Source: Demequinaceae bacterium
Lineage (GTDB): Bacteria; Actinomycetota; Actinomycetes; Actinomycetales; Demequinaceae
Direction of reading: 5' to 3'
NCBI GenBank assembly: GCA_965250005.1
Contig: OZ252279.1
Location: forward strand, 930,001 to 962,000
DNA length: 32,000 nt
Of the stretch, positions 30,046 through 32,000 are shown piece by piece (position 1 is the first letter of the stretch; every line of letters begins with the position of its first letter). Below the pieces are notes generated by a model, which made no database searches, was not told where the DNA came from, and worked only from the letters and a program-made list of their open reading frames with translations. A program made the position numbers and the translations under genes.

Positions 30046-31245
30046 ATGAACGACATAAGCCGATCCAATACTCTGGGCAAGGCGGCAGACACCGACCTGT
30101 TTCAGATTCTCCGGGACGGCGCGCCCCGTACCCGAAGCGAACTCGCTGGCCTCACAGGCCTGGCGCGATCCACGGTCGCTATGCGCGTGGACTCCCTGAT
30201 CAAACTTGGGCTCGTCAGTCCGGTGGGAGATGCGATCTCGACTGGAGGCCGCCCATCCAGCCAGATCGCCCTCAATTCCGCATCGCGCGTGGTGCTCGGT
30301 GTGGATGTTGGTGCCTCGCACGCGCGGATTGCGATGAGCGACCTCGCCGGCAACATTCTCGACCGCCGGAGCGTCGAGATGTCCGTAGCCGAAGGCCCCG
30401 AGCCCATCCTCGATTGGGTGATCGCCGCTGGCCGCGAACTCCTTGACCAACTACACGATCGCGCCGAGCACCTGCTCGCCATTGGCGTGGGACTGCCCGG
30501 CCCGGTCGAGCACTCGACGGGGCTGCCAATCGACCCGCCGATCATGCCAGGGTGGGACCGCTACGACGTGCCCCGCAAACTCGGCGCCGAGTTTGACGTT
30601 CCGGTGCTGGTAGACAACGACGTCAACCTCATGGCGCTGGGCGAAAGGGCAATGAACTGGCCTGACGTCGACCACTTCGTCTACGTCAAAGTAGCCACCG
30701 GCATCGGCTCGGGCGTCATTTCGGGCGGGTACCTGCAACGCGGCGCCCAGGGAATCGCTGGCGACATCGGCCACGTATATGTTGCTCGCGGAAGGGACGT
30801 CGCGTGCCGATGCGGCAACCGTGGCTGCCTTGAGGCAGTGTCCGCCGGGCCGGCGATCGCCAAGCAACTGCGCGAGGCCGGCCTCGACGTTGAAACCAGC
30901 CAGGACATCGTCAACCTAGTGCGGGCAGGGAACACCGAAGCTATTCAGGCAGTCCGCGAGGCGGGTCGGAGCCTAGGCGAGGTCCTCACCGCTTGCGTCA
31001 GCCTCATCAACCCCGCCGTGATTGTGTTAGGCGGCTCAATGGCACAAGCCGGAGAACACCTGCTGGCAGGCGCGCGCGAGGTCGTCTACGCGCGGTCGAT
31101 GCCGCTCTCCACCGGAAACCTACAGATCGCGCAATCGCGGTCCGGCGGTGACTCCGCCCTGCTAGGCGCGAGCATGCTCGCCCTCCACCACGCGCTGTCC
31201 CCCGAGCGCGTCGATTCGTTGCTCACGGGCTTCGTCGCCCGCTAG
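30046..31245 (+). CDS. ROK-family transcriptional regulator (N-terminal winged HTH + ROK sugar-kinase-like domain)
   Basis: 399-aa ORF. It has an HTH segment (RTRSELAGLTGLARSTVAMRVDSLIKLGLV), a ROK glycine-rich start (VLGVDVGASHARIA) and the ROK zinc motif (GHVYVARGRDVACRCGNRGCLEAV). Confidence 0.88.
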   Translation: MNDISRSNTLGKAADTDLFQILRDGAPRTRSELAGLTGLARSTVAMRVDSLIKLGLVSPVGDAISTGGRPSSQIALNSASRVVLGVDVGASHARIAMSDLAGNILDRRSVEMSVAEGPEPILDWVIAAGRELLDQLHDRAEHLLAIGVGLPGPVEHSTGLPIDPPIMPGWDRYDVPRKLGAEFDVPVLVDNDVNLMALGERAMNWPDVDHFVYVKVATGIGSGVISGGYLQRGAQGIAGDIGHVYVARGRDVACRCGNRGCLEAVSAGPAIAKQLREAGLDVETSQDIVNLVRAGNTEAIQAVREAGRSLGEVLTACVSLINPAVIVLGGSMAQAGEHLLAGAREVVYARSMPLSTGNLQIAQSRSGGDSALLGASMLALHHALSPERVDSLLTGFVAR

Positions 31246-32000
31246 GGCTCGGCTCCACCCACCAGACACAACACTGAGGCCCGCTGCGCGAATACTCGCG
31301 CGGTGCGGGCCTCAGTGACGCGGCGTCGAACGCAAGTCGACAGGCGAATTCGAGCGCCTCAGGTACTCCCACAAGGCGGTCCATGCCCACGTCCGCCCAT
31401 TCGATGGGTATGGGACCGGCATAGCCGATTTGGTTGAGCATCCGGAACGCATCCTCCCATGGCACGTCACCGTGACCCGTGGAGATGAAGTCCCAGCTGC
31501 GGTTGCCGTCGGCCCACGCGAGGTGCGACCCGAGCCAGCCGTTGCGACCGTTGTTCATGCGCTTGCGAGTGTCCTTGCAGTCCACGTGATAGATGCGGTC
31601 CTTGAAGTCCCACAAGAAACCCACGGAGTCGAGGTCCTGCCACACCATGTGGCTCGGGTCCCAGTTGAAACCGAACGCCTCACGGTGGCCGATGACTTCG
31701 AGGGCTCGGACAGTGGTCCAGTAGTCGTACGCGATCTCGCTGGGGTGAACCCCATGAGCAAATCTCACGCCGACTTCGTCGTAAACGTCGAGGATGGGGT
31801 TCCACCCGTCGGCGAAATCCTGGTACCCCGCGTCAATGACCTCTTGTGAGACCGGCGGGAACATCGCCACGTACTTCCAAATGGCCGAGCCGGTGAATCC
31901 GATCACCACGTCGACGCCCAGCTCGCAGCCGCGCGCAAGGTGACCGTGGCGCCATTCACCACGTTTGCCGACTGGGCCCGCATGAACATGCCCCCGGCTA
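31223..32000 (-). CDS. Sugar phosphate isomerase/epimerase (xylose-isomerase-like TIM barrel); 5' end beyond the window
   Basis: The track ORF begins at an internal GTG (31909), but the frame stays open to nt 32000 (...HLARGCELGVDVVIGFTGS...). Motifs: HPSEIAYD, NWDPSHMVWQ, HVDCKD and GPIPIEWAD..MDR are typical of the AP_endonuc_2/TIM-barrel family. The last 30 or so codons are doubtful (see findings). Confidence 0.75.
   Translation of the reverse strand, partial: SRGHVHAGPVGKRGEWRHGHLARGCELGVDVVIGFTGSAIWKYVAMFPPVSQEVIDAGYQDFADGWNPILDVYDEVGVRFAHGVHPSEIAYDYWTTVRALEVIGHREAFGFNWDPSHMVWQDLDSVGFLWDFKDRIYHVDCKDTRKRMNNGRNGWLGSHLAWADGNRSWDFISTGHGDVPWEDAFRMLNQIGYAGPIPIEWADVGMDRLVGVPEALEFACRLAFDAASLRPAPREYSRSGPQCCVWWVEPSPSGRRSP
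31272..31317. terminator. Very stable interrupted hairpin (13 bp + 6 bp) between/within convergent genes; probable bidirectional terminator
   Basis: cactgaggcccgc (31272-31284) pairs perfectly with gcgggcctcagtg (31305-31317). The inner stem is gcgcga (31286-31291) with tcgcgc (31296-31301), and the loop is atac. It starts 27 nt after the ROK gene stop. Confidence 0.55.

Noticed and set aside
29910-30092. 60-aa minus-strand ORF in the rho/ROK intergenic region
   Set aside because: It has no RBS, overlaps the ROK start codon, shows poor codon bias and lies in a region better explained as a leader or promoter. I cannot exclude a leader peptide but have no support for one.

Overview
This is a gene-dense, high-GC chromosomal segment that looks actinobacterial. 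I call 32 CDS, two of which run off the window edges. I saw no rRNA, tRNA, CRISPR array, transposase, integrase or phage genes. Left third, + strand: an alpha-glucan (GlgE-pathway) cluster with glgX, an embedded lipoprotein gene on the opposite strand, then glgE-treS-glgB joined by overlapping stop/start codons, with no maltokinase gene. Middle, 9.2-15.7 kb: a poorly characterised block. It holds a translationally coupled minus-strand operon (membrane-anchored protein, lipoprotein, CxxC-less thioredoxin-fold/TPR protein). Diverging from it is a DivIVA-domain protein built from about 27 consecutive 11-residue repeats, followed by a 144-aa orphan. Two coupled alpha/beta hydrolases and a small CxxC...HWHxxC protein complete the block. 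Right half: one roughly 16-kb co-directional minus-strand block, rho-rpmE-prfA-prmC-tsaC-wecA-(atpI-like)-atpBEFHAGDC-nucS, then a divergent ROK regulator and a partial sugar-phosphate isomerase gene. As I remember it, the gene order mirrors the M. tuberculosis Rv1297-Rv1327c region (rho ... atp ... nucS ... thioredoxin-like, glgB, glgE). The window is therefore mostly conserved core rather than an accessory island, and I found no convincing defence, mobile or biosynthetic system. The best candidates for undescribed biology are: (i) the envelope operon plus the divergent hendecad-repeat DivIVA gene at 9.2-13.8 kb; (ii) an unusual set of F-ATP synthase regulatory features (epsilon lacking its C-terminal domain, alpha with a 37-aa tail, delta with an internal duplication); (iii) nucS placed 2 nt after atpC and followed by a small putative zinc-binding protein. 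All functional calls rest on motif recognition by eye, because no database search was possible.
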